A DNA stretch of 64,000 bases from Bacillota bacterium (GCA_963169565.1 CAUJDI010000045.1:13277-77276); one strand, 5' to 3'; shown: positions 20,437 to 30,231, numbered from the stretch's first letter. Notes: a model not told the origin generated them from the sequence alone. Translations and numbers: made by a program.

Positions 20437-21189
20437 ATGCGCGTACCTGTCATTGCCGGTAATTGGAAAATGAACAAAGGACCGAAGGAAGCGGCCGCCC
20501 TGATCAATGAACTCAAGCCGCTGGTCAAGGATGCCGAAGCGACAGTGGTCGTCTGCGTTCCGGCGGTCGATCTGCACGCGGCAAAGCAAGCCCTGCGCGG
20601 AAGCAAGATCAAGCTGGGCGCGCAGAACGTCCACTACAAGGAGTCCGGCGCCTATACAGGCGAACTGTCCGCCGGCATGCTCAGGGAAGCCGGAGCGGAG
20701 TACGTCATCATCGGCCACAGCGAGCGGCGCCAGTATTTCGGAGAGACCGACGAGACGGTCAACCTGCGCGTGAAGGCGGCCGTCCAGGGCGGGCTGATCC
20801 CCATCATCTGCGTGGGTGAAAAGAGGGAACAGCGCGAAGCCGGGTACACCGACACGCTGGTCACCTATCAGACGCTCATCGCGCTGACGGGGCTGACGGG
20901 GGATGAGGTCAGCAAGACCATTATCGCCTATGAGCCTGTCTGGGCCATCGGCACGGGGCTGACCGCCACGGACGAACAGGCCAACGAGACCATCGCTGTC
21001 ATCCGCGAGGCGATCCGGGCAAAATATGGCAAACGGGTCAGCAACAAGGTGCGCATTCAGTACGGCGGAAGCATGAACCCCAAGAACGTCAAGGGGCTGA
21101 TGGCGCAGCCGGAGATCGACGGCGGCCTGATCGGAGTCGCGTCGCTGAAAGCGGCGGATTTTTCCCAGGTCGTGAACTACAGCAAATAA
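20437..21189 (+). CDS. tpiA: triose-phosphate isomerase
   Basis: [13 protein letters not shown] and [11 protein letters not shown]. Start at Met12 of the track ORF, after GGAGGAA. Confidence 0.95.
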   Translation: MRVPVIAGNWKMNKGPKEAAALINELKPLVKDAEATVVVCVPAVDLHAAKQALRGSKIKLGAQNVHYKESGAYTGELSAGMLREAGAEYVIIGHSERRQYFGETDETVNLRVKAAVQGGLIPIICVGEKREQREAGYTDTLVTYQTLIALTGLTGDEVSKTIIAYEPVWAIGTGLTATDEQANETIAVIREAIRAKYGKRVSNKVRIQYGGSMNPKNVKGLMAQPEIDGGLIGVASLKAADFSQVVNYSK

Positions 21190-21228
21190 GAGAGCGGCCA
21201 ATGCCGCACTGTTGACGAAGGAGCGAAT

Positions 21229-22767
21229 GTGACCAAGAAACTGACAGCCCTGATCATCATGGATGGTTTCGGCTATAATCCAAACCCTTTGGGCAACGCG
21301 ATCATGGAAGCGGGTACGCCCAACATTGACCGGCTGAAGCAGAAATATCCGCACGTTCTGCTCTCAGCTTCCGGCCCTGACGTCGGGCTGCCCCCCGGAC
21401 AGATGGGCAACTCGGAAGTCGGGCATCTGAACATCGGAGCAGGCCGGATCGTCAACCAGGAGCTGATGCAGATCACCCGGGACATCCAGTCCGGCAAGCT
21501 GTTTAAAAAGGAACCCCTCAACTGGGCGATGGACGAGGCGCTGAAGAGCGGCAAAGCGCTCCACCTGATGGGGCTGCTGTCCGACGGCGGGGTGCACAGC
21601 CATATTGAGCACCTGAAAGCGCTCCTGGACATGGCCAAGATGAAGGGACTGACAAAGGTGTTCGTCCACTGTCTGCTGGACGGGCGCGACGTGCCGCCGG
21701 ACAGCGGCTCCGGCTTCGTCCGCGAGCTTGCGGACAAGCTGAAAGAACTTGGCGTCGGAAAGATCGCCAGTGTCCAGGGGCGGTACTGGGGCATGGACCG
21801 CGACAACATCTGGGAGCGCGTCAGGCTGGGGTACGACGCGATGGTGCTGGGCGAAGGTGTGAAGAGCGAGGACCCTGTCCAGGCGGTGCTGGACAGCTAT
21901 GCCGCGGGCGTCACCGATGAGTTCGTTAAGCCAACCGTCATCACAGAGGGCGGCATTCCAGTCGGCACCGTACAGGCCGGCGACAGCCTCATCTGCTTCA
22001 ATTTCCGCCCGGACAGGATGCGGCAGATCACCCGCGCCTTCATCCAGGAGGATTTCAAGGGTTTTGAGCGCGCAAAAGGGTTCCTGCCGCTGCAGTACGT
22101 CACCATGACCCAGTATGACGAGACCTTCACGGGCCTGAGGATCGTCAACCCACCTGAAACGCTCAGGGGCACCATGGGCGAGTATCTGGCGGAGCTGGGA
22201 CTGGCGCAGGTACGCATCGCGGAAACGCAGAAATACCCCCACGTGACCTTCTTCTTCAACGGCGGGATCGAAAAATCCTACGCCGGCGAGGACAGGGTGC
22301 TGATCCCCTCCAGCAAGATCGCCACCTTTGACCTGAAGCCCGAGATGTCCGCGCCCGAGGTGACGGCAAAAGCGCTTGAGATCATTGATTCGGGCAAGTA
22401 TGACGTGATGATCCTCAACTTCGCCAACTGCGACATGGTCGGCCATACCGGCGTCATCCCGGCAGCCGTCCAGGCCGTGAAGGAAGTTGACAGGGACGTA
22501 GGGCTCCTGGTCGACCGCATCCTGGAACTTGGCGGCCGGGCTTTTGTGACCGCCGACCACGGCAATGCCGACCAGATGATCGACTACGAAACCGGCGGCC
22601 CCTTCACGGCGCACACGACCAATCCAGTTCCCTTCATCGCCTGCGGAAAGGAGTTTGCCGGCCTGACACTTCGCGAGGGCGGGCGGCTTGCAGACATCGC
22701 GCCGACCATGCTCAAGGCGATGGGAATCCCGGTACCGGGAGAGATGACCGGTGAATCGCTGATATAG
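21229..22767 (+). CDS. gpmI: 2,3-bisphosphoglycerate-independent phosphoglycerate mutase
   Basis: 512 aa with [18 protein letters not shown] start after GAAGGAG. Confidence 0.95.
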   Translation: MTKKLTALIIMDGFGYNPNPLGNAIMEAGTPNIDRLKQKYPHVLLSASGPDVGLPPGQMGNSEVGHLNIGAGRIVNQELMQITRDIQSGKLFKKEPLNWAMDEALKSGKALHLMGLLSDGGVHSHIEHLKALLDMAKMKGLTKVFVHCLLDGRDVPPDSGSGFVRELADKLKELGVGKIASVQGRYWGMDRDNIWERVRLGYDAMVLGEGVKSEDPVQAVLDSYAAGVTDEFVKPTVITEGGIPVGTVQAGDSLICFNFRPDRMRQITRAFIQEDFKGFERAKGFLPLQYVTMTQYDETFTGLRIVNPPETLRGTMGEYLAELGLAQVRIAETQKYPHVTFFFNGGIEKSYAGEDRVLIPSSKIATFDLKPEMSAPEVTAKALEIIDSGKYDVMILNFANCDMVGHTGVIPAAVQAVKEVDRDVGLLVDRILELGGRAFVTADHGNADQMIDYETGGPFTAHTTNPVPFIACGKEFAGLTLREGGRLADIAPTMLKAMGIPVPGEMTGESLI

Positions 22768-22784
22768 TCATATCAACCTTCTTT

Positions 22785-22815
22785 AGGCCGGGGGAAGTAC
22801 CCGGCCTTTTCATTT
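22785..22815 (+). terminator. intrinsic terminator after gpmI
   Basis: AGGCCGGG / CCCGGCCT stem (22785..22807) followed by TTTTCATTT. Confidence 0.8.
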
Positions 22816-22904
22816 CGAACTTGCGCAGGCAGCGCATGAAGGGTAGAATACGCTCAGCCTGCCGAAAGACCTTCACGCGCAGGCTGCCAGGAAGGAAACC
22901 GCAG

Positions 22905-23798
22905 ATGCAAGCCAGACTGATCAGATTTTTCGCCCTCTTGACAGCGATGATCCTCATCTTCCTGCCGTCCCTGGCAGATGAGGCGCAGACGACCACGCTG
23001 ACATTGAAGGACCTTCGGGAGAACGCGCCTGAGGGCACCTTCCTCGCCCCCGGAGAATCCCCCGTCATCACGCAGGACAGCTATCAGAGCGAGAACATCG
23101 CTATTCAGATCAAGCGGGTGCGCGATGAGGAGTCTTCCTCTGACGTTACGATCGCCGACATCTACGTATCCTCCGTAGCCTACCTCCGGCGGGGTTTCCC
23201 TCTGGGCAAATGGAAGGGCGAGATGCGCTCGCTCAAGACCATCGCCAATGAATCAAACGCCATTCTCGCGATGACGGGGGACTACTCCAGCCTGCTCAGC
23301 GCTGGATTGGCAGTGGCCAACGGCGAGATCCTCTTGAACAAGGGGAACAATTTGCGAGACAATTGCCTGATCCTGGCGGACGGACAGATGGTGACCTACC
23401 GGCGCCGGGAGATGGATCTTTCAGAGGTCCTGGATGACGGTCTCTGGCATTCTTTCCTCTTTGGCCCGGCCCTTCTATCAAACGGCGAGGCGATCACGAG
23501 TTTTGATTCCAAGATCCGGGGGACCAATCCGCGCAGCGCGATAGGCTATTATCAGCCGGGGCATTACTGCTTTGTCCTGGTGGACGGCAGAAGCAAGGCC
23601 AACCGGGGCATGACCCTGGTCCAGCTGAGCCGCTTCATGCAGGAACTCGGCTGCAAGACAGCCTACAACCTGGATGGCGGACAGTCCGCCGTGCTTTGGT
23701 TCAACGGGGAGGTCATCAACAAGCCTTATAAAGGCGGGAGGCGCCTGACGGACATCGTTTACGTGCCGTTGGATACGGCAGATACTCAAGGCAAGTAA
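22905..23798 (+). CDS. exported phosphodiester glycosidase (NAGPA/DUF2233) family protein
   Basis: Signal peptide MQARLIRFFALLTAMILIFLPSLA, then NPRSAIGY and AYNLDGGQSAVL motifs. Start at Met29 of the track ORF, after GAAGGAAA. Confidence 0.7.
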   Translation: MQARLIRFFALLTAMILIFLPSLADEAQTTTLTLKDLRENAPEGTFLAPGESPVITQDSYQSENIAIQIKRVRDEESSSDVTIADIYVSSVAYLRRGFPLGKWKGEMRSLKTIANESNAILAMTGDYSSLLSAGLAVANGEILLNKGNNLRDNCLILADGQMVTYRRREMDLSEVLDDGLWHSFLFGPALLSNGEAITSFDSKIRGTNPRSAIGYYQPGHYCFVLVDGRSKANRGMTLVQLSRFMQELGCKTAYNLDGGQSAVLWFNGEVINKPYKGGRRLTDIVYVPLDTADTQGK

Positions 23799-23818
23799 AA
23801 AACCGGCATGAAACAGCG

Positions 23819-23857
23819 AAAACCGGCGCTGCAGTTTGATTGCGGAGCCGGTTTTGC
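23819..23857. terminator. probable bidirectional terminator between convergent genes
   Basis: AAAACCGGC...GCCGGTTTT imperfect hairpin with A/T runs on both sides. Confidence 0.5.
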
Positions 23858-23942
23858 GTGTCAGTCAATCACTGTTCATTCCGTCATAAGGTGCGCTCTC
23901 CGTCCGGCCCTGAACTGTCTGGGCTTACGACCAAACGCGCCA

Positions 23943-25007
23943 TCACAGCGAGTTGACCAGCTGATAGATGTGCCGTTTGAAACGCGGTCTGATCTTCAGC
24001 GCCTTGTCGATGGGCATATGGAAGATGCGTCCCCGGCGCATGCCGATGACTTCGTTCCCGATGCCATTTCTGAGCAGCTCCACCGCCATGCTGCCGGACT
24101 CGAAGGCGAAGGCCGCGTCCTGGGCGGTAGGTTCATGCCCGCGTTGGACATATCCGATGATGTTGTACCTGACTTCCATGCCCGTTTTGTACTTGAGGAC
24201 ATGGGCCAGCCGTCTGGCTGAGATCCCCTCCCCCGGGAAGACCTGGGTGAAATCCTTCAGGTAGTCGTACACGTCAAACGGCTTCATCGTCTGATAGGCA
24301 CCTTCCGCGATGATGACGGTGGCGCGGGTATTGCCGCGCCGGTGCAGTTCAGACAGGCGTTTTGAGACGTCTTCGATCTTCCAGTTTTTGACTTCCGGCA
24401 CGATGAGGACCTCAGACCCGGTGGACATCGCGGTCTGCATCGCGATGTCCCCGCAGTTGCGGCCCATGACCTCCACCACCGCGGGCCTGTCGTGGGACCT
24501 TGAGGTGGCGCGGATCGCGCGCACAGCATCCATGCAGACGTTCACCGCTGTATCAAATCCCAGTGAAGTCTCCGAGTATTCCAGGTCGTTGTCGATCGTG
24601 CCCGGAATGCCGATGCAGGGCATGCCCAGTTCACACAGCCGCTGGGCCCCCTTGTAGGAGCCGTCGCCGCCGATGACCACCAGCCCCGCCACGTTGATGC
24701 TGCGCAGGAACCGAACTGCCTTTTCCTGGTACTCGGGCTGGTAGAACTCCTCGCATCGGGCGGTGCGCAGATAGGTGCCCGGCAGGTCGGCAATGTCCAG
24801 CACCGTGTCGATGGACATCTCCGTATAGCTGTCCTGCGGGCTGTATTTGCCGATCAGCCCGTTGTATCCGCGCTTGATGCCGATCAGCGGCATCCCGGCC
24901 TTGGCCGCAAAGCGCGCCACTTCCATTACAGCCGCGTTCATTCCCGGGCTGTCGCCGCCGCTGGTCAGCACTGCGATCCTGTTCTTGCTGCTCAAGGTAT
25001 CCTCCAT
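23943..25007 (-). CDS. pfkA: ATP-dependent 6-phosphofructokinase
   Basis: VLTSGGDSPGMN, GGDGS (Gly at the E. coli position-104 equivalent), IPGTIDND (Gly at the 124 equivalent). The ATG at 25007 sits inside its own GGAGG, so TTG at 24995 (MSSKNRIAVL) with GGAGGA 5 nt upstream is a good alternative start. Confidence 0.93.
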   Translation of the reverse strand: MEDTLSSKNRIAVLTSGGDSPGMNAAVMEVARFAAKAGMPLIGIKRGYNGLIGKYSPQDSYTEMSIDTVLDIADLPGTYLRTARCEEFYQPEYQEKAVRFLRSINVAGLVVIGGDGSYKGAQRLCELGMPCIGIPGTIDNDLEYSETSLGFDTAVNVCMDAVRAIRATSRSHDRPAVVEVMGRNCGDIAMQTAMSTGSEVLIVPEVKNWKIEDVSKRLSELHRRGNTRATVIIAEGAYQTMKPFDVYDYLKDFTQVFPGEGISARRLAHVLKYKTGMEVRYNIIGYVQRGHEPTAQDAAFAFESGSMAVELLRNGIGNEVIGMRRGRIFHMPIDKALKIRPRFKRHIYQLVNSL

Positions 25008-25018
25008 AAATCATAACG

Positions 25019-25042
25019 CAGGATGGCCCGGGCCATCCTGCA
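25019..25042 (-). other. perfect intercistronic palindrome/hairpin between pfp and pfkA
   Basis: GCAGGATGGC-CCGG-GCCATCCTGC, a 10 bp stem that reads the same on both strands. Confidence 0.7.
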
Positions 25043-25057
25043 GCATCAGAAAAGGAT

Positions 25058-26272
25058 TTATTTGAACAGGATCTTGGGAACGATCGGCGCGCGGAGCCTG
25101 GAGGCTTCCGGCATGTCGGACCCCAGCAGCGGTCTCAGGTAATGGGTGAATGCATCGGTCACGTTGTTGCCTTCCTTGTTGATGAACTCGTCAGGCATCA
25201 GGCGGGTCTTTGCCGCGATCTCCTTAAGATCCACAAGCCTGTAGTCCACGGAGTAATCCCCCGTTCGTACAATGGCGATCGAACCGTCAACGTTATGCCA
25301 GATGGCGAACTGCGCCGCCTTCTCCCCGACCTCCCGCGCCTCGCGCTGGTCGACGTCGGAAACGCAGCCGATGAAGGAGCGCTGCAGATAGCCCAGCGTA
25401 TCGGAGCGCACGCGCTTGAGGCCGAGTTTTTCCTTGACCTGGTTGGACAGCTGTTCTCCCAGCGCGCCTGTTCCGGAAAGCTGCACGTTGCCATGAGCGT
25501 CATGCTCGGTCTGCATCAGCCTGGACAGGATGGGAACGCCCTCGTCATCCTGGATGCCTTCTGACACCGCGACCAGGCAGCGGCCGTAGCGGTCATTCAT
25601 CCCTTTGACATCCTTCAGGAAGCTTTCAACGTCAAAGGGCCGCTCCGGCAGGTAGACCAGATGGGGCCCGTCGTCGGGATTCTTGTGTGCAACTGCCGAC
25701 GCTGCCGTGAGGAAGCCTGCATGGCGGCCCATGACCACCACGATGTGCACTCCGGGCAGCGCGCGGTTGTCCAGGTTGACGCCGATGAAGCTTTGGGCCA
25801 CGAACTTCGCCGCAGAGGGATACCCGGGCGTGTGGTCGTTCACCATCAGGTCATTGTCGATGGTCTTGGGGATGTGGATGGCGCGGAACTCATAGTTCGA
25901 CCTCTCTGCCTGCTCGTTGACGATCCGCACGGTGTCAGAGGAGTCGTTGCCGCCGATATAGAAGAAGTAACGGACGTCATGCGCGCGGAAGACCTTGAAG
26001 ATCTCCTTGCAGTACTTCTCGTCCGGTTTGTCCCGGGTGGAGGAGAGCGCGGAGGATGGCGTGACGGCCACACGTTCCAGGTTGTGGGTGGTCTCCTGGG
26101 TCAGGTCCATGAACTCCTCGTCGATGATGCCGCGCACGCCGCCGATCGCGCCGTAAACCTTTGTGATCTGAGGAAACTTGCGGCTTTCCAGCACAGCGCC
26201 GACAAGGGATTGGTTGATGACCGCTGTCGGGCCGCCCCCCTGGGCGACGACGACCTTTCCTTTCAGTTCCAT
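25058..26272 (-). CDS. pfp: pyrophosphate-dependent phosphofructokinase (PPi-PFK type)
   Basis: 404 aa. QGGGPTAVIN, GGNDS (Asp110 at the position-104 equivalent), IPKTIDND (Lys136 at the 124 equivalent). This is the Asp/Lys signature associated with PPi use. Confidence 0.8.
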   Translation of the reverse strand: MELKGKVVVAQGGGPTAVINQSLVGAVLESRKFPQITKVYGAIGGVRGIIDEEFMDLTQETTHNLERVAVTPSSALSSTRDKPDEKYCKEIFKVFRAHDVRYFFYIGGNDSSDTVRIVNEQAERSNYEFRAIHIPKTIDNDLMVNDHTPGYPSAAKFVAQSFIGVNLDNRALPGVHIVVVMGRHAGFLTAASAVAHKNPDDGPHLVYLPERPFDVESFLKDVKGMNDRYGRCLVAVSEGIQDDEGVPILSRLMQTEHDAHGNVQLSGTGALGEQLSNQVKEKLGLKRVRSDTLGYLQRSFIGCVSDVDQREAREVGEKAAQFAIWHNVDGSIAIVRTGDYSVDYRLVDLKEIAAKTRLMPDEFINKEGNNVTDAFTHYLRPLLGSDMPEASRLRAPIVPKILFK

Positions 26273-26313
26273 GAAGTCTCCCTTCCTGTTGAAGAATTGC
26301 CGGGGAGAAACGT

Positions 26314-27243
26314 TCAGTTTTTGCCGTTGCAGCCCAGGACGTTGACGATCTTGTGGCGCACCATGGCCTTGAGCGCCGCGCGCGCGTCGGCGAGGTACTG
26401 GCGCGGGTCAAAATGATCCGGATGCTCGGCAAAGTGCTTGCGGATCACGCCGGTAAACGCGAGGCGAAGGTCAGAATCGATGTTGATCTTGCACACAGCC
26501 ATGCTGGCCGCCTTGCGGAGCATCTCTTCCGGGACCCCCTGGGCGCCCTGCATGCTGCCGCCGTATTTGTTGATCATCTCAACATACTCGGGAATGACGC
26601 TGGACGCCCCGTGCAGGACGATCGGGAAGCCGGGCAGGCGACGGCTCACATCCTCCAGGATGTCAAAGCGCAGTTTGGGCTCGCCCTTGAACTTGAACGC
26701 GCCGTGGCTGGTGCCGATGGCAATGGCCAGGCTGTCGCAGCCGGTCCTGGTAACGAATTCCTCCACGTCTTCCGGGCGTGTATAGCTGGAGTCCTCGGCC
26801 TTGACCTTGATGTCGTCTTCAACGCCGGCCAGCCGGCCCAGTTCGCCTTCAACGGTGATGCCGCGGTCGTGGGCGTACTCGACCACGCGGCGGGTCAGGG
26901 CGATGTTGTCTTCAAAAGGCAGATGGGATCCGTCAATCATCACCGAGGTAAATCCGCCGTCGATGCAGGACTTGCAGGTCTCAAAATCCGGGCCGTGGTC
27001 CAGGTGGACGACGATGTCCAGGTTGCTGGTCTCCACCGCGGCCTCGATCAGCTTCATCAGATAGGTGTGGTTGGCGTACTTGCGCGCCCCGGCGGACACC
27101 TGCAGGATCAGGGGCGCTTTTTCTTCCTGGGCTCCCTCGACGATGCCCTGGATGATCTCCATGTTATTGACGTTGAAAGCGCCGATGGCATAGCCGCCTT
27201 CATAAGCGCGTCTGAACATTTCCCTGGAATTGACTAAGGGCAT
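26314..27243 (-). CDS. fba: class II fructose-1,6-bisphosphate aldolase
   Basis: MPLVNSREM...GAFNVNNME and VHLDHG. Start at Met27 of the track ORF, after AAGGAGGAAGCA. Confidence 0.93.
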   Translation of the reverse strand: MPLVNSREMFRRAYEGGYAIGAFNVNNMEIIQGIVEGAQEEKAPLILQVSAGARKYANHTYLMKLIEAAVETSNLDIVVHLDHGPDFETCKSCIDGGFTSVMIDGSHLPFEDNIALTRRVVEYAHDRGITVEGELGRLAGVEDDIKVKAEDSSYTRPEDVEEFVTRTGCDSLAIAIGTSHGAFKFKGEPKLRFDILEDVSRRLPGFPIVLHGASSVIPEYVEMINKYGGSMQGAQGVPEEMLRKAASMAVCKINIDSDLRLAFTGVIRKHFAEHPDHFDPRQYLADARAALKAMVRHKIVNVLGCNGKN

Positions 27244-27256
27244 TGCTTCCTCCTTG

Positions 27257-27276
27257 CTGTCCGCTCCTGCGGACAG
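27257..27276 (-). promoter_or_regulatory. 5' UTR stem-loop of fba
   Basis: CTGTCCGC-AGGA-GCGGACAG perfect 8 bp stem between the predicted start site and the RBS. Confidence 0.55.
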
Positions 27277-27288
27277 GGCTTTTTGTAG

Positions 27289-27317
27289 AGTATACAACGC
27301 ATCCCAACTGCTGTCAA
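27289..27317 (-). promoter_or_regulatory. sigma-A promoter of fba-pfp-pfkA
   Basis: Minus strand reads TTGACA (27317..27312), 17 nt spacer, TATACT (27294..27289). Confidence 0.7.
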
Positions 27318-27327
27318 ACAAAGGAAA

Positions 27328-27356
27328 TTGACAAAAAACCCTTTTTCGTCTATAAT
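27328..27356 (+). promoter_or_regulatory. consensus sigma-A promoter of the E2-like gene
   Basis: TTGACA (27328..27333), 17 nt spacer, TATAAT (27351..27356). Both hexamers are perfect. Confidence 0.75.
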
Positions 27357-27402
27357 CCCATCAATCTTGAAGCTCAAAAAAACCGGAAGCAGAGGCTACT
27401 GA

Positions 27403-28293
27403 ATGTTTGGAAGACGCCCTGACGGATACCTGGTGAAAGGCATTGACCCGATCATTGCTCTGACGCCCTATCTGATGCCCATGCGCTGTGACGCGCAGGT
27501 GATGCTCAACTATAAGATCGACTATGAGGTTCTTGCCCGATTTACGGCGGACAAGGCCAGGGAAGGCTTCAAGATCTCCTTCATGGAGATCTTTATCGCG
27601 TCATACGTAAGGACCATCTCCCAGCTGCCGGAGCTGAACCGCTTCATCGCGAACAAGCGCTTTTACGCGAGGAAGGGCATCGTCGTGTCTTTTGTCGTGC
27701 TGCAGGACACCGCCGACGGATCCGTCATGGAGAACGTCGCCAAATGCATGTTCGACCCGACGGACACCATCTTTGACGCCGCGCTTCGCATCAAGGCCGC
27801 GATCGAGGAAACGCGCAGGGGAAACGCTTCCAACAACACGCTGAAGGTCGCCAACGTCCTGAAGAATCCACTCATCGCCAACACCATCGTCCTGATCGCG
27901 AGAGGGCTTGACCGTTATGGGCTCATGCCCCGTTTCCTGGTGGATGCAAGCCCGTTCCACACAGGGATGTTCTTCAGCAACAACACCTCCATCAGCCTGC
28001 CTCCCGTGAACCACCACATCTACAATTTCGGCACAACCTCCCTGTTTGTGGTCATCGGCAGCGTTGAGCGGACAGTCGCCCTCGACGGGGACGGCCAGCC
28101 CGTGCGCAAGCGCTACCTTCCCGCCGGTGTGACGGCGGACGAACGGATCTGCGCGGGGATGATCTACAGCAGATTCCTCCATCTTTTCCGGCATCTCCTG
28201 AACAATCCGCAGGAACTGGAGCGGCCTCCGGAGAAAGTTTTCTTTGACGAGGGGCACGTCATCAGCCTGCCCAAGCCCAAACCCGTCGCCTGA
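27403..28293 (+). CDS. stand-alone 2-oxoacid dehydrogenase E2 / CAT-like acyltransferase catalytic-domain homolog
   Basis: 296 aa. FFSNNTSISLPPVNHHIYNFGTTSLFVVIG and LPAGVTADERICAGMIYSRF align by eye to the E2 motifs ISNLG...PIINPP...AIL and LSLSFDHRVIDGA..ARF. There is no lipoyl or subunit-binding domain. Confidence 0.55.
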   Translation: MFGRRPDGYLVKGIDPIIALTPYLMPMRCDAQVMLNYKIDYEVLARFTADKAREGFKISFMEIFIASYVRTISQLPELNRFIANKRFYARKGIVVSFVVLQDTADGSVMENVAKCMFDPTDTIFDAALRIKAAIEETRRGNASNNTLKVANVLKNPLIANTIVLIARGLDRYGLMPRFLVDASPFHTGMFFSNNTSISLPPVNHHIYNFGTTSLFVVIGSVERTVALDGDGQPVRKRYLPAGVTADERICAGMIYSRFLHLFRHLLNNPQELERPPEKVFFDEGHVISLPKPKPVA

Positions 28294-28310
28294 ACTGGCA
28301 CACAAAATAA

Positions 28311-28350
28311 AAAGCCCTCCGTTCCATTCAGCGGAAGGGCTTGTTTGTTT
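28311..28350. terminator. bidirectional terminator between the E2-like gene and ftsH
   Basis: AAAGCCCTCCG...CGGAAGGGCTT hairpin with AAAATAAAA upstream and GTTTGTTT downstream. Confidence 0.75.
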
Positions 28351-28356
28351 CAGCCG

Positions 28357-30198
28357 TCAGACAGCGGCCGGTCCCTCTAGAGCGGGTGCTTCATTCAGGA
28401 TGGACATGAACTGCTCGCCGGTAAGCGTTTCCTTTTCATACAGGGTCTCTGCGATCCTGTGCAGTTTCTGTGCATTGGCCCTGAGCGTTTCCTTCGCCTT
28501 TTCGTACTGCTCCCTGACGATCTTGACCGTCAGCTCATCGATGCGTCCCTGGGTCTCGCTGGAACAGTTGCTGACAAATCCGCCGTCCAGGTACTGACCC
28601 TGCTGGCGCTCAAACGCGACCATGCCGAACTCCTCCGCCATGCCGAACCGCGTGACCATCGCGCGCGCGAGCTTGGTGGCCTGCTCGATGTCATTGGCAG
28701 CGCCGGTCGTGATGGAATCAAAGACGAGTTCTTCCGCCGCCCGTCCCCCGGTGATGGTGGCGATCTTGTTTTCGATGTCCGTCTTGCTCATCAGGAAGCG
28801 CTCCTCTTCCTCCACCTGCATGGTGAAGCCCAGAGCGCCGGAGGTGCGCGGAATGATCGTGATCTTGTGCACCGGCGCTGAGTCGGTCTGGAGCGCCGCC
28901 ACCAGGGCGTGGCCGACCTCGTGGTAGGCGACGATCTTTTTCTCGCGGTCGTTCATGACGCGCTCTTTTTTCTGGTAGCCTGCGACGACTACGTCGATGC
29001 TCTCCTCCATATCCTCCTGGCTGACGGTCCTGCGTCCGTTTCGGACTGCGCGCAGCGCGGCTTCATTGATGATGTTGGCAAGGTCCGCGCCTGAAGCGCC
29101 GGCCGCGGCGCGCGCGACCTGCTTGAGGTCGACGTCCGGCGTCATCTTCACTTTTTTGGCATGCACCCTCAGGATCGCTTCCCGTCCGGCCAGATCGGGC
29201 AGTTCGACCGGGATCCGCCGGTCGAACCGGCCGGGACGGGTGAGCGCGGGATCGAGGATCTCAGGCCGGTTGGTGGCCGCCAGGATCATCACGCCGTTTC
29301 GTCCGTCAAATCCGTCCATCTCGCTGAGCAGCTGGTTCAGCGTCTGCTCCCGCTCGTCATTGCCGCCAAAGCCCGCGCCGGACTCGCGGCGCTTGCCGAT
29401 GGTGTCGATCTCATCGATGAACACGATGCACGGGGCCTTTTCGCCGGCTTGCTTGAACAGGTCGCGCACCTTGGCGGCGCCCATGCCGACGAACATCTCG
29501 ACAAACTCGGAACCGGAGATCGAGAAGAAAGGAACGTTCGCCTCGCCGGCAACCGCCTTTGCCAAAAGCGTTTTTCCGGTGCCGGGAGGGCCGATGAGCA
29601 ACACGCCCTTGGGCATCACCGCACCGACCTCCGTATACTTCTGCGGGTTATGCAGAAAATCGACCACCTCGCTGAGCGCTTCCTTGGCTTCCTCCTGGCC
29701 GGCTACGTCCGCGAAACTGACGCCTGTCTTGGACTCGATATAGATCTTCGCGTTGCTCTTCCCCAGCTGCATGGCGTTCATGCCGCCCAGCTTGCTCATC
29801 CTCCGGCTCATGTACTGGCCGACGAGGACAAACAGCCCGATGGGGATCAGCCAGGTCATCAGAAAACTGGCCAGCGGGGACGCAGGCTCAACGATGGGGG
29901 AATAAAACCGGACGCCGGCGGCATTCAGCCGGTCCACCAGCGTCGGATCATCCATGATCCCGGTCTTGAACAGCCTAGGCGTCTGGGATCTGTCCGAAAA
30001 GGTGATCTGGACGTTATCACGGCTCACCTCGCTGACTTCTCCCTTCTCAAGCATGGACAGAAAGGTGCTGTAGGGCACCTCGGACACCTGCGGCTGCATG
30101 AGATCCGGGAAGATGAAGGCGTTGAGCAGGATGAGGATGCCCATGGCGATAACGTAGTAAAAGATGAGCGGCTTCCTGGGGGTCTTGATCTCTTTCAT
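28357..30198 (-). CDS. ftsH: ATP-dependent zinc metalloprotease FtsH
   Basis: 613 aa. Two N-terminal TM segments, Walker A GPPGTGKT, Walker B VFIDEID, zinc motif HEVGHAL. Confidence 0.97.
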   Translation of the reverse strand: MKEIKTPRKPLIFYYVIAMGILILLNAFIFPDLMQPQVSEVPYSTFLSMLEKGEVSEVSRDNVQITFSDRSQTPRLFKTGIMDDPTLVDRLNAAGVRFYSPIVEPASPLASFLMTWLIPIGLFVLVGQYMSRRMSKLGGMNAMQLGKSNAKIYIESKTGVSFADVAGQEEAKEALSEVVDFLHNPQKYTEVGAVMPKGVLLIGPPGTGKTLLAKAVAGEANVPFFSISGSEFVEMFVGMGAAKVRDLFKQAGEKAPCIVFIDEIDTIGKRRESGAGFGGNDEREQTLNQLLSEMDGFDGRNGVMILAATNRPEILDPALTRPGRFDRRIPVELPDLAGREAILRVHAKKVKMTPDVDLKQVARAAAGASGADLANIINEAALRAVRNGRRTVSQEDMEESIDVVVAGYQKKERVMNDREKKIVAYHEVGHALVAALQTDSAPVHKITIIPRTSGALGFTMQVEEEERFLMSKTDIENKIATITGGRAAEELVFDSITTGAANDIEQATKLARAMVTRFGMAEEFGMVAFERQQGQYLDGGFVSNCSSETQGRIDELTVKIVREQYEKAKETLRANAQKLHRIAETLYEKETLTGEQFMSILNEAPALEGPAAV

Positions 30199-30231
30199 GC
30201 TGATCCTCCTTGGTGGAGAAGCGGCTGCCGA

